DNA from: Botryllus schlosseri
Taxonomy: Eukaryota
DNA: 64,000 nucleotides
Reading direction: 5' to 3'
NCBI GenBank assembly: GCA_051294905.1
Contig: CM119383.1
Coordinates: 2,232,001-2,296,000, forward strand
The notes beneath the pieces are model-generated. The model worked only from the letters and a program-made list of their open reading frames with translations. It made no database searches and had not been told where the DNA came from. The stretch's first letter is position 1. Every line of letters begins with the position of its first letter. The position numbers and the translations under genes are program-made. Shown here piece after piece: positions 1 through 12,567 of this stretch.

Positions 1-148
1 ATCATTTTGTTGCTGATTATTACTTATTGGCACAAGACAGATGACCGCTGCACGATAATTGGGCTAAATTTGAACTACAACTTGAGGGTCCGCGGTGGTC
101 CGTGACGATCGGAAGGGGTCCGCGAAGACAAAAGGTTGAGAACCACTG
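1..148. mobile_element. 3' end of a hAT (Charlie/Buster-type) MITE
   Basis: Ends in ggttgagaaccactg (reverse complement of the CAGTGGTTCTCAACC TIR); positions ~36-148 match 50605-50722, and the family's other end is seen at 49933 and ~53080. Confidence 0.8.
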
Positions 149-438
149 AAATAGCTAGTAGATTACTGGTGCCCAAAATGAACTGTTCATCAACAGTCTG
201 TTAAAATAACGAAACCATTAACAAGTAATTTGCACACGAAACGAAAACACTTCTGCTGTTCCCATTCAGATACCGGTTCTGAAATGCGATGCTTCACCTT
301 GGAAAGTGTCATTGTATTGTTTCGGTCGAAACGCAACAGCGAGATTGCTTAATAACAACGGGCTTCTAATTACTGGAGATAGAAGTAACATTTGGAAGGT
401 ACGGGTTTCGATTTCGAATGTCAACTTCTCCTGCTTAC

Positions 439-636
439 GCAACTATGCACACGACGTACTATCATAACAGTCACAATTCGAATATTGATCGGGCCTGGTT
501 GTCTGCAACCAATGATGGTCAAGGGCGTTTCATCGCGAATGATATGTGTGAGATGAGAGTGTGTTTTGACCTCTGGTGGGACCCCTGAGGCAGGCTCATC
601 GGCGAAGAGCCACTGCTCCACAGTATACATGCACAC
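439..636 (-). CDS. Putative P450 exon 5 (H helix and atypical I helix)
   Basis: Acceptor tgtacag| in phase 0, compatible with exon 4; GC-richer than its flanks; donor gtaagc at 438 (or gtacgt at 459). YTVEQWL and HLTHIIRD...LTIIG...VMI align by position to the H and I helices but lack AGxE/DT. Confidence 0.45.
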
Positions 637-1237
637 CTGTACAATATTTTGGGAAATTTCAATACATAGAATATATCCTCTATTAGAGCTTATGTATCGC
701 AAATTATTTCAAATAAAGCTTATTTTGTGCAGTAAGACCTATGGTTATGAATTCTATTCAAAAAATTATACTCAACAGACAGTTGCACATGTACTTTGGA
801 TTCACATTTTTAGGAGTAAAAAGTTATGCATGCATGTATATTGTATATTGAAAGGGTGTGCACTGTGCAATTGATGAGAGTTTGGGAACTTGGACTTATT
901 CAGATGATTAGAATATAATTGAAATAGTGTCCAAATGTATTTCATTTGACAGGAGCTGTGATTTACACATGTTAAATCATTATTATGTATTTTTGCACTA
1001 CCGGTCTGATGCTTCATCTCCTTGGTCTTGTAAGCATCGTAAATATACATCTGTAAATGCATTTCCTGGCGGTTGGTGCTGCGTCGCTTTGCTACTGTCC
1101 TGTTCGTAAATGAAAAAAAATGTTCGATAACTTTCATCGATTTTGCGATTCTCGGAAATCTCGAAGAAACGCAAGGTAAAATCATGGGTGTTACGAAAAT
1201 TTGTTTGTGCGTCGATTGTAATAGGCTACCCGCATAC

Positions 1238-1399
1238 CATTTTTGATAGAGAATAATATAGCTCGTCCAATCGCTGATTGTAGTTTTCCACGACCTTCAA
1301 CCCGGGGAGGGAAAACAGTCTGAGCCAAGGCGCGTACTTCAAAAGTGTTATGGTGAGTGCAATTGATGATCCGCCGTGGAGCATATTCATCAGTTCTCT
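1238..1399 (-). CDS. Cytochrome P450 coding exon 4 (F-G helices)
   Basis: Acceptor cattttcag| and donor ATG|gtatgc, both phase 0; LLKYAPWLRLFSLPG resembles the P450 F'-G' 'L...PWLR.lP' segment. Confidence 0.8.
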
Positions 1400-1797
1400 C
1401 TGAAAATGTGACAATGCAATAATAATAAAGAGAAGTCTAACTAATCCATCGACGCTAAATATTTTGTGGTTTTTATTAGAACAAATACAGCCACTTTCGC
1501 AGAGTGTGGTCGTATTTGAACTGCGTCTAAAATATTTTCACGAGTGGTCAGATCTCACTATACCGATCTTTGCAACTTGTCTGAAATTGCAATGCGAATT
1601 ATTTTGTTTATGGATGTTAAGATTACTGGAAAATAATGGCATTTCACAAAACCTTTCACACAACAGAACCTAGTAAGGTTCGTTTACCAACGCGAACATC
1701 TGAATGATCAAGCCCCACGTACCAAAAAGGATGTCAGCGCTATCCTGAGGCGTATAAAAATAAATTGGCATCGCGGTTCGAACGAAGTGTAGCTTAC

Positions 1798-2063
1798 GCA
1801 ATAGTCTCTTAAGCACGGACGATTGACGGGCGGCAATGCCCCGAAAAGGAGACGAGTCAATACGCTTGCTGTTACCACCACCACCTCCAAGTGGGGAGTC
1901 ACGTCCTTGCCGTTCGCGGACAGATCCGCAATCCTTTCGATGAATCTGCTGATCTCTTCTTGACAGATATCTTCCCCGAACGAACCAGCCAGATTAGATC
2001 GCAAGTGACGCATGGCCAGACTTCTATTTCGGTTCCAAGTCGCGCCGTTGCACATTATGATTC
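1798..2063 (-). CDS. Cytochrome P450 coding exon 3 (C-helix WxxxR)
   Basis: Acceptor tttgtttag| (phase 1) and donor TGC|gtaagc; encodes GIIMCNGATWNRNRSLAMRHLR (WxxxR) and ICQEEISRFIERI...VTASVLTRLLFG. Confidence 0.88.
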
Positions 2064-2929
2064 CTAAACAAACGTTCGTTGATTGAAGGTACAGAACTTC
2101 AAAATACAATTGAATTTTGCATTCAAATTGAAATAAACCCGAATATTTTCGGTTGACACTCGTCAATTGTAATCGTCAGCTATAGGCCTACTAGAAGAGA
2201 TGGAAAAGTATACATTTATACAAGTACATGTACACGTTGATTGAATAACGATGGATCACAATTTCTTTGCGTGCAGACCTTTTGATATCCGGCACTGTCT
2301 TGGTGATTACCAAGCCCGCTATATGTTGTGCTGAGATTCATAGCTGACCGAATATGCGATCAGATCAAAGAATCCGTTGAGACCGAACTAACATGTTTCC
2401 CAAAACAAAAAATGGCAAAATATTTAGACGGATATCTCCGCTAGATGCTGCGAAGGTGATACAGTTACGGCATCCACACTCCATGAATAAGGTTACGTGT
2501 ATAAAAAAAATAGCCGTAGGGGATCGGGTACATTTTTAGCGATTCTTATGCAATCTTCAAGCATGGCAATAACTCATAATTAGTTGGTCTACCTGTTCGC
2601 AAAACAACTAGGACTTGCACAATACATGTTAGAACATGCGGGAAGCTAATTGATTTCTGATCAACAAAACTAACTGCATAGCCGCTATTAGCGACTTCGT
2701 GATCAATGGTACGTAGTAGTAATCAGCTGGTAGAAACAGTCATCAATGCGTATGAGCTACTGGGAGGTAATTCAGGGGTAGCATTATCAAGGTGAAAGTA
2801 TTCGTTTGAAACTGTGTGAATATGGTTCCTCGGTAGTTAGTAGAATACCATGTTTTATCATTGATCCGAACCGTGAATTTATTTCCCAAGGAGAGTAAGC
2901 CTGTTGCAGATTAATTGTGCAAAACTGAC

Positions 2930-3057
2930 CGCAGTTGGTTCCTCTCGCATCATCGAAATGCTTGCTAATCTTTGGCATCGTGGGTCGACTTTGAAATCTG
3001 GGATCGAGCGATATCTTCTTTATAAGATCAGTGCTGTTGACGCAAATCGTCGGGGAA
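2930..3057 (-). CDS. Cytochrome P450 coding exon 2
   Basis: Acceptor ttccttgcag| (phase 2) and donor G|gtcagt (phase 1); encodes SPTICVNSTDLIKKISLDPRFQSRP, matching the P450 'VVLN..ELIKEA...F..RP' segment. Confidence 0.85.
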
Positions 3058-3595
3058 CTGCAAGGAAATGTGATGAAAATATATATTAAAAGATCAGACT
3101 TAGATATGATAAATCTTTTCATTGGCCCGTTAGAAAATGCTCAAGGCCCCCAGGTTGGGTACCCTACACTAAAGTAACATAATCACTCCTCGTTACCATT
3201 TCAATATATGGCATAGTTAGCAGCCTGACTGCAGTTCCGAATGCGATGAATATCTATGTAATGACACTCGACAATCAACAAATTCGTCGAGTAATCTACA
3301 TCCTATATATATATATTGTGTACCAAACAATGGTTTTCTAAATGGCGAACGGATTTCGAACATAGGCCTACACAAAACCGATACTCAAAACTCACAGAAC
3401 AACGCGTTTTTAATCGTTTCCATCAACATCAACAAGACTTGGAATTCTGACACTAGATCCGTTCTGCAAGTTCCTATGGGCACGCTTTACGCATGCAGTA
3501 ATGTTCCTGAGTGGTACTTATCGCCACGTATATAATAGTGAATAAGTTTTACGGCTTCGAGTAATATTTCTGTACAGCTGCACTTTAATAATCAC

Positions 3596-3849
3596 CTGAG
3601 AGTGTAAACGGTGAAAATACTCCCGTAAATTCGACTCAGTCTGTTGATGGTGTTGGCCAACCCGTTACGAAATACGTAGCAGCTACCGATGATGGGTATC
3701 TTTGGTGGCCCGATCGGCAGTATTTCGACGTAACTTGTTTGTTTCCTGCTTTGCAGCATCTTACTGCGCAATTTGATCCGAGGCAATCCCATTTTTAACC
3801 AACTCAGTAATAGGCAAGCAATAGTCACAAACACCGAGAATAACAGCAT
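3596..3849 (-). CDS. Cytochrome P450 (clan-2-like), coding exon 1: membrane anchor and proline hinge
   Basis: MLLFSVFVTIACLLLSW hydrophobic anchor, then LPIGPPKIPIIGS (PPGP hinge) and YGSIFTVY. Donor AG|gtgatt at 3596/3595 (phase 2). An acceptor ~9 nt upstream of the ATG suggests a 5' UTR intron. Confidence 0.85.
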
Positions 3850-6800
3850 AGTGTTACCTGAAATGATTTGAAATTACCATCGTCAATATGATTTTTTATC
3901 TAGTGAAAATGGACATAGGCCTACTTGAATGTAGGAATTGTTAAATTGTTGTTATGTATACTGTTTGCAGTTTCTGTGAATCAGGGACATCAAGTTATAG
4001 ATTCATTTCTTGCATAGAAGTAAGTCTTGAACAAGGCTGGAGGCTTCTGAGATATACAATATGTTATGTATTGACACTGCTGGCATTTGGAAGCTGGATC
4101 ACGATAAAAGTAGGTTAAACGTGGAAGTAGTCGTTTAAAACATGTTACTTTGAGACCACCATGGTTAAAAAGACCGCGGCAGTATGACTTATATTCTACG
4201 AATTATGCTACAAAGATGCAATGAACTACAGGTCTGTTGTATGCGTCTTTAAGCCAACTACTGCTCTGATAAATACTAAGTATTGTGCTGACAGAATTAT
4301 GGCTCCTCACTTATCCGGGGTATAATAAGTCCTGGTAAACTGCCTGCTCTGCAATTTTGCTACCGAACCTTATATGCTGTTTTCTCGGTAAAATTTGATC
4401 TTGAAAGTCTGCAATATTAACTGTGCTAGATTATCGAATCGGTAGCTGGTCATTTCTGAGCGATGTGCGTACAGTCTGTGATGGGTCGAGGACATTAGTA
4501 TCTTTGCGGCCTCAATTTTAGGCACGACTGCAGGCTTACCGTTTAGAGAACATGCGGGGGCCCTTGTAAGTGAGTGTAAACTATACCATTCAATTGTATG
4601 GGGAAACGATTACCACACTTTATGCACGATCATAATCATGAGCATATCAAACCTGGCATTATTATTACGGCGAAATTGGCAGGAGCTGAACCTTCTTATG
4701 AAAAATTGATGTTGGAATTTTTTTGGAATATTTTTGCTTATGCCTCGAAATCTACCAGCCTGCTATTATCTGGGATCTACAAGTAAGTGAAATGGCTAAT
4801 CGCTTAGAAATTCATTCCGAAAGATAAGAAAAATAGTGGTCGACCTTTTGGTGATCGAAAACGCGGGTTCACAAACAATATAATCGTTTCATGACATTGC
4901 AAAATATAAATTGCTACAATACATTTTCGTTTTAAATTTGGAAGATTCGTCACTAATCCCGGATGAAGTTGCGTTACGATATTTGGACCAAGATTTTCAG
5001 TAGTATCTCATACTAACACATAACTTCATATTTACCTGCTGCAAATGATCACTCTATATAGTTTTAGAAGTTGTATGCAATCATGTGTGCGGACCATGAG
5101 CAATTGAGCATTAAGCATGATAGCGGTGCCTTTCGCATGGTTCAATTTTAGATACGCTGGTGCCTATATTGTTTCGACAATGGACATTGAACATATACGG
5201 ACTTCATGATATCTGAATCTGATGAAAATCGTTACTCACGTACGGACCGGACCATTACGTCACCCATATACACTCGCTCCATGCCGCAAAGGGATTATAG
5301 TCATATCCGGCCTGAATTTTAGCAAGACATGAGCACTTAAGCCAGTAGCTTTCGCCCGTTTTATTAACGATGGGTACTTACAAGAGATACAGCGTAGGCA
5401 TGTATTTTGTACGCAATTGGGACAGTATGTAAAATAGAACTGTCACGTCACCCATGGAAGTGCGTAATAGCCCCGGTTCTGACCATCTTCTATGTCTTGG
5501 AGTGTGGGTTCTGAACAAGTAGTCCGTGCACTCCGCGGGGGTATGAAGCGCATTAGTCTTGCGTCCGTAAATTGCGTAATGGGGATTCAATCGATATCTA
5601 AATAGGGTGTTTGTTGTGAATGAAGGGTAGTGATGAATTGGCCCGTATCACAAGTTGTATTGAAACCCATGTAGACGCTTAATACCCGGGTTTGGAAGCG
5701 GCCTGACAATGGACACGTTGTACGAGAAATGTTTATGAAGACTCAAAGTGCAAACCCTGTTTGAAAGTGAGCTTTGGGTTATGCGTTGACCGCGAAGACC
5801 CTGCTTCGGACGCACGAGAGCGAGGGAAAATGCCAAAATGTTTACGGAGAAATGCTTCTAGGATATTTGACCATGATCAAAGTTATATAAATGACAGTTC
5901 CTGAATTTGAAACAAAAATAAACATCATTATGCTTGTATCGATTGATCGCCCCTAAGACATTAAATATGAGTTAGTTGTGAAACTAAACAGAAGTCACTA
6001 CGCGTGCATTCACGATTCGATACTCACCTTATAAAGCGTGCTCTACGGAAGACTGGATGTACCCGTCGATATATCGTCTTTTGTAAACTACGGTCAAATG
6101 TCAAACAGTAAAATAGCTTTGTGTGTCCTAATGGTCTTATACAATTCCGGCCAATCCAAATATTTGCTTTGCAATCAAAAGTTGCCATAACCTTCTTTAT
6201 TACACTACGTCCCATACTACTGTATCCATCGAAACAGCTGCCTCATCATATAACGGTATAAATGCGGAGATTTATTGAGGTGATACTAATTTGGCAAACG
6301 AGAAGTATATGCTATCAATCGTTTACCTAAGAAGTGATGCCTTCCGCCAACAGCCCTGGTATGGATACGGAGATAAATTGTGAATCACAGAAACAAACGA
6401 AGAAGGTTCGTTTCAGGTAATATAGCCTAGGATTTGCGTCTGTGTATTGTAATATATATCCTAAAACTGATCTTGATACCGCTGTTTGTACTGTCCTTAT
6501 GTAGTAACTAGCACTTTACATTTGTCCAGCATAAGTTCGTATATTGCGGCCTCTAGCAAATTCGTTCCGGACCTGTTGTTTATCAGCAAACATATACTGT
6601 CCGAAACATGGTATACTCATCGTCGAGATTGTCAGATTGCGTTGTGTAGTCTTGAGTTTTGCTTCTATTGCCCATGGCATCATTTCTTGTTAGCTTGACT
6701 GTGTATGTATAGAGTTGTATTACTATCTATTGCGTACTGTCCGGTATGGGTGCGGAATTAGGGTTGGATTTAATTGACGTGAAGACTAGAGCAGATTTTA

Positions 6801-7673
6801 ACATCGGACTATTAGAAATGGCCACGTAGTCTAGTATAGTTCGAAGATATGCTGTGGATAAGCGAAATCAAGCCCTAACATAACATCGTACATGTATACC
6901 TTGTTAATTTGACCAATATCTGATTATGCACAGATTGCACAGTGCCGATAATGTTTGAGTCAGTTGATTTATGTTAACTTGCGGTTTCTTTATGATTTTG
7001 GCTTATTCAGTCGGTTTTGTTATCAATTAGGTTTAGGTTTATCTGGACCTATTTGGACTTTGTAGTTTGTACAGCTGAGATATTTTATGTTTACTATGCT
7101 TGGAAATATAAACGCACGATATTGTCGATATCGCGTCGCTCAGAATCTATAGATCTCCGCCTCCCGATACATATTCGACCGTGTGAAAATTATTAAAACA
7201 CCGTAAGTTGATAACCACAAACACGGGTCGATATTATAAATACATACTTAAAGTCTCATTACATCATAAGCCATTTTATGATAATATATACGAAGCCAAA
7301 ACAAGTTAACAAAGTTGACATATCATATCACGATACATTCATCTATTTTTAAAAGGCATTTTATCGCTATTGTTAGGGAGCATATCCTGTTACCTCAATA
7401 TTCCGAAGCTTGTTGCACCGTGTATTGTATGGATGATGAATGACATTACGAAATATATAAATATTCGCTTATACTTTGGGTTGCCTATCGTATTACAGTA
7501 AGGCCATCGAGGGCTTCGACTTTAAAGACTTTCGAGAAACAGCTTCTCAGTGACTCAGTAGGTTTTAAGCTGCCAGTGCGACCCTGAATTGAAATTATAT
7601 TATCAAGCTGTCTAATTAAGACTTCAAAAAGATTCAATCAGTGCGATTGTGTGGTTGAGGTCAAGCTATCAGT

Positions 7674-7898
7674 ATGATCACGTACGAAAACGGTAGACGA
7701 GTGTCTTGCTTTAGTGTGGCGAGCGAAGAGACGGGGAAGACCATGACAAGTGCTGTGCTGGAAAGTAGGGCTTCTCCTGTCCAAATGACTAGACGGAAGG
7801 GTCCTACGCCTTTGGAGAGGATGGTGGAGATACAATCAGAGGCTGAACACTTGCTGAGAAGCGTGATTGTTAATGAGAGAGCTGGGCGTTGGGAAAAG
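7674..7898 (+). CDS. TPR-repeat protein, probable first coding exon
   Basis: ATG at 7674 (or 7743), open to donor AAG|gtagat (phase 0); joins in frame to the exon at 9461 (RAGRWEK|VVAMYNALL). Confidence 0.65.
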
Positions 7899-8245
7899 GT
7901 AGATATTGTGTGCACTTGTTTACCCTTACTGTAGCTTATACCGCGAATGATTGGTGTCTTATGTGCGTTTGACAAATTCTCACCAAAAGTGGTCAAAATA
8001 ATCAGCTTTTCCGCTCAAATAGAATATGAAGTAACGCAGAAAATTACTACTCAATCACAAGTAGAAGTAACTATTTCCAAGAGATGTCTAATTTACTTCG
8101 CGTTGAGTTAGGAAAGGAAATGTCTTGGAGAGTACTCATTTATGCAGCTTCAAAAGTCGATTTGGTAGAGGAGTCGCATACTTATAGCGGTTAATCGGCG
8201 GTGGCTTCTTTCGATATTGCAAGATGTATCTAAGTGACTAATGAC

Positions 8246-9072
8246 GAGGGCGAGTTTTTTATTGGGGTAGCATAAAAAGTCAAAATTTTGTCATAATTGT
8301 AGTGTTATGTCAAAAGATTGTCAAAATTGTTTACAAAGTCAAAAAAATTTTGCCACCTGCATTTCGTTTGTATCGGAGACGTTTGCGCTGTCAGTGGACT
8401 TGTCATCTCAGATTTTACAGCTTGTAGCCTACATTATAGGCCTACCGTTGTAGACGGCCCATAGTTTGCTCACTGTGAATCATAAACGGTCAAATGAAAC
8501 AAATAGGTTGACACAGTGGTGTTATGCTCAACGTATCGAAATATCCTAACTGAAGCGAGACTGCGTGGGCATTGCTGATGCCGAGCCAACATTGCCAGAA
8601 TGAAGCAACAAGGTCTGTCACCAGCAGTGTACGCACAACTTCAGAGTGCCAGACAACTGCTCCTAAACGTTCTTTCTCTATTCTTGACAAGCTAATTACT
8701 AAGGACAGACACTTTATACCCGAAAATGTCGGAAAGTATCTTTCGTTGTAATTGTAATACAACAAATTCTAATTATATCTACTGGAATTCTTTATAGGCT
8801 CAGATTTCGTTAAAATAGAGTTTTATCATGTAACAATTTGTCAGTATTAAGTCAAAAAGTTTTTTCGAGCTAAACTTCTTCGTAAGGACAGACAGTTCCA
8901 ACCAGAAATGAAGTACAATTCAAACATTGTGTGCGAAAACGCCTAATTTACATACATGAGGGCAAAATATTCTCAAAATTAAGTATTTTAACGTCAAAAA
9001 ATGTCAAAATTTTCATTTTTCAGGTCAAGATCTTTCGTTATTTCGGTAAAAAAGGTAAAAAATATCGCCCTT
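8246..9072. mobile_element. hAT MITE family B (TAGGGCGAT termini), older copy in TPR intron 1
   Basis: Degenerate ends gagggcgag...atcgccct, GTCAAAA subterminal repeats, internally similar to 44290-45153. Confidence 0.75.
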
Positions 9073-9460
9073 CATGACAGTAAAAATAGATAGAATCTGA
9101 TAAAATATTTTCCGCTAGCGTGCTACAGGCAGTTAAAGCAGTTCTTATGACAATTTTCACTCGTGAAAACTCAGCCCAAAACTATTTTTTACATTTCAAA
9201 ATCCAAAATGGAAAAATGAAGTAGTTCAGCTCAAAAAGTGTTCAAGTTGAAGTGGAAGTAATCTGAAAACATATTTCGTACGATATATGAAGGATTTATA
9301 TGGAACAAGAGTCATAATTATGATTATACATTTGAATAGAATAATCATAATGTTATAATCCGGAATACTTTCGGCTGACACTCGCCGGGGCTGATCGTCA
9401 GCAACTAATTGTGATTATGTATTTTAAAGAATAAGCAATGCGATTACTTTCAACAAGTAG

Positions 9461-9658
9461 GTTGTGGCAATGTACAACGCCCTTCTGAAACTGATATCCA
9501 GACGGAACATGCCGCAAGGATTTTCGCTTACCGATTCCTACGTTCTGCTGATCTACGAATCGTATTATCATCTGGGCCTGGCCTTACAAAATTTACAAAG
9601 GCACAGGGAAGCTGTGGCAGCATATACTCAAGCGATTAAAGCGGTCAACATTCATAAG
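9461..9658 (+). CDS. TPR-repeat protein exon 2
   Basis: caagtag| ... AAG|gtaaat; YYHLGLALQNLQRHREAVAAYTQAIKA is a canonical TPR unit. Confidence 0.85.
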
Positions 9659-9784
9659 GTAAATATAAATAAAGTATAGGCTAGTAAACAACCCCAGGAA
9701 AAGTTACTCATCAAATGCGTATTCATTTTATAGTCCGCCATTACACTGATGCACCATCCCATCCACTCCCGGGGTTTGACAATT

Positions 9785-10190
9785 AGAAAATTTCCCGGTT
9801 TTCGAAATTAGATTAGGATTAGGGTTAGAATTATACTGAATTCGCAAACACTTGGGAATTGAATCTCAAATTTGTACGTTTTACAACGAAAATCAAGCTC
9901 GGTTCATATCAAAACAGAGTTCATTTCCATAAGCACGAGAATCTCACATGCCTGTATACCGCGCTTGGATCGTTTCGCACTTAACAGTTCTGTTGCATTC
10001 TCAGGAAGCACAGAAAATATATTAGAATTAGAATTAGAGCATAGGAACATTTCACAGACTAAATTAGAATTAGATAACTGGCAGTTCGCTTTTTGTAGTA
10101 TTTGTTTTGAATTCTGGATTTTGTTCAACATCCTAGTTTTTGCGAATTCAATAATCTAATACCTAATACGGAAAAGCTGAAAACTTTCTA
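9785..10190. repeat. Dispersed repeat with AATTAG/TTAGA motifs
   Basis: Related sequence at ~13970-14340, ~19200-19620 (inverted), ~20750-20860 (inverted), ~51700-51870 and ~52690-52800. Confidence 0.7.
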
Positions 10191-10227
10191 GTTTCTAGCG
10201 TCTTTCATTTCATCATCGCGTTTTCAG

Positions 10228-10391
10228 AATGGCTGTTTGGCGGGGTGCAATTCGAACACCTGCTTTCAAACGCCGGTACTGGCCAAACGCGCGTTCTCGC
10301 ATGCTAAGATGGGAGACATGACCAGAGCATTTGTGGACATCGAGAAAGCCGTCGTGCTCGACACTAGGAACTCGGACCTTTATTGCATAAG
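10228..10391 (+). CDS. TPR-repeat protein exon 3
   Basis: ttttcag| (phase 0) ... AG|gtaggt (phase 2); KRAFSHAKMGDMTRAFVDIEKAVVLDTRNSDLY is a TPR unit. Confidence 0.85.
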
Positions 10392-10404
10392 GTAGGTATT
10401 ATGC

Positions 10405-10792
10405 AGATCATGGACCGGAGCCGGATTGGATATCCGGCCGGATTTTTACAATTTTGACCGGACCGGATCGGAGCCGGATCACTACTTTTTTGATCCGGTC
10501 AGAATCTTTATGGATAAGCATAACTTTTATAACTATATAACTACCAACCAACCACACGTAAATAACCACCAAGCCAGTGTGAACATAAACGAGGCATATT
10601 TATCAATTCACGGAACCTCCGTACCGAGTAGAGCCGGGTTTCTGGTCGGACTTTTTCATTTTTGGCCGGAACCGGATTGGAGCCGGATCAGTACTTTTCC
10701 TGATGCGGCCGGAGCCGGATCGGAGCCGGACCAGAGAATTGCACATCGGATCGGAGCCGGACCAGAGAATTTGTCGATCCGCTCCGCACTAG
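10405..10792. mobile_element. MITE with CCGGAT/GGAGCC subterminal repeats
   Basis: Many ggagccggat/ccggatc motifs; ends gatccgctccgcacta (TAGTG-type hAT TIR); includes a small internal tandem duplication. Confidence 0.65.
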
Positions 10793-10881
10793 TAGGTATG
10801 GGTTTTATCTTAAATCTGTACTGTAGGGTTATGCTCTGATGCGTTTGACCTGTACAAGTATATCATTTCCATGCCCATGAT

Positions 10882-11315
10882 TAGGGTTGCATTTAAAACA
10901 AACATTATTTTAAAACACTTTTGTTTAAAACATGTTTTAACAGTGTTTTAAACAAACGCCTTTTAAATAAAAACAAAATTGTGTTTTTTTTTAATTGTAA
11001 AATTATGCTATAATTGTGTAAATACTTCCCAAAAACATGTTTTATGAGCCTACGGACAATTACCACCGGATATAGCCGACGTATATCGATATGCGATGGT
11101 TGGAACCCTCAAAATATAGTTTGTTCAACAGCAATAGTACAAATATTTCGTCAAAGGAGCTATATTTAACTTATATTTTCAATGGTCAATGTCAATCCAT
11201 TATGACGTCACAATTGAACATTCGTAACTTCCTGGCTTAAAAAATAAAAACAAAAAAAACGCATGTTTCAAACAAGGGCCTTGTTTTAAACATGTGTGTT
11301 TTGAATGCAACCCTA
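10882..11315. mobile_element. hAT MITE family D (TAGGGTTGCATT TIR)
   Basis: TIRs tagggttgcatt/aatgcaacccta, perfect 8-bp TSD cccatgat, TTTAAAAC subterminal repeats. Confidence 0.9.
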
Positions 11316-11334
11316 CCCATGATAGGCCTACAGG

Positions 11335-11884
11335 TCGGGTTGCATTTAAAACAAAAATCAAATTTAAAACAAACATGCTTAAAACATGACACTTGTTTAA
11401 GTCATGTTTTTTTATTATTGTTTATTAGCCACGACCTCACGAAACTTTAGATGTGACGTCACAGCGGAATGACATTAAAATTGAAAATATAGGGTTAATA
11501 TATGGCTGCCATGTCAAAAATGGTTTCCGACCCCTGTCTTAAACGACCAAAAATAAATTTGATCGGGACTGCATTGTAATGCGTTTTTTTACGGTCGGTG
11601 GACATCATAATCAAAACATCCTTTTCGTACCAATGATCTATACTTGATATAACTGTTGTACCGACGACTATTTCGACGGTTCCAACCATTCCATATCGTA
11701 TACGTCGACAATATCGGGTGCATATCGTCCGTAGGCTCATACTACATGTTTTTCGAAAATATTCACACAACTGTGGCATAATTATACGTTTAAAAAATAA
11801 ACAATTTTGTTCTTTTTAGAATAGCATTAAAACATATTTTGAACAAAGTGTTTCAAAACACCATTCGTTTTAAATGCAATCCTA
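11335..11884. mobile_element. Second family D copy, opposite orientation
   Basis: tcgggttgcattt...aaatgcaatccta; interior is reverse-complementary to 10882-11315; a third copy spans ~28945-30609. Confidence 0.8.
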
Positions 11885-12146
11885 CCTATATCATGATAGA
11901 GGCTAGCAGGATTGCAAAATTAGGCTTGGAATTTTACATATCCCAAGCTAGAATGAGTGAGAACCAACCCTGTAGCTGAAATAAGCTATCCAATTCTAAA
12001 CTAAATATGCTGAGGATAATGGGTTGTAGTGTTATAACACGGACAATAGCCGTCTGTTTTATGTACCATCCTAAGGTTAATCTGTTGAACTGCTCGGTAT
12101 AGACTTATTATCCAGCCTGCGAATGTATATTGTTTGTTTTACGCAG

Positions 12147-12273
12147 GGCTCTATTATGGAACACGACAAAAGATTCAGACAAGGCAGTCGACGATCTGAA
12201 CAGGGCATTGAGATACAATCCTTGTCACGTGTGCGCGTTGCTATTGCGTGGATCGATAGATCAACCATTTCGG
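12147..12273 (+). CDS. TPR-repeat protein exon 4
   Basis: tttacgcag| (phase 2) ... CGG|gtaagc (phase 0); RALLWNTTKDSDKAVDDLNRALRYNPCHVCALLLRG is a TPR unit. Confidence 0.85.
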
Positions 12274-12567
12274 GTAAGCTAAGGAATGTGATATTACGAC
12301 GTATGGAAATTTGGTAGAATCAATAACATATATATATCTTACGATTTGAAATAAACCCGAATATATTTGGCTGACACTCGACAGGGGCAATCTTCATCAA
12401 TAGTACGAATTCTCTAATGGTTGCTGACGATTACCCTTGACAGTGTCAGCCGAAAATATTCGGGTTCATTTCAATATGAATATGCTATTCAATTGTATGT
12501 TGAAGTTCTGTACCTCCAAGGAGCTCTAGTAGAGAATTGGCAATAACATTGTATCAACAGTCATAAT

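Noticed and set aside
4100-6800. Coding-like stretches (ORFs 4598-4786, 5378-5590, 5648-5836, 6486-6698)
   Set aside because: No recognisable domain, frequent stops in all frames, and no phase-consistent exon chain could be built.
7661-7996. Minus-strand 111-aa ORF
   Set aside because: Antisense to the first TPR exon, which has a phase-compatible donor on the plus strand.
9811-9830. TTAGG/TTAGGG interstitial telomere-like sequence
   Set aside because: Only 2-3 units, embedded in the AATTAG dispersed repeat family.
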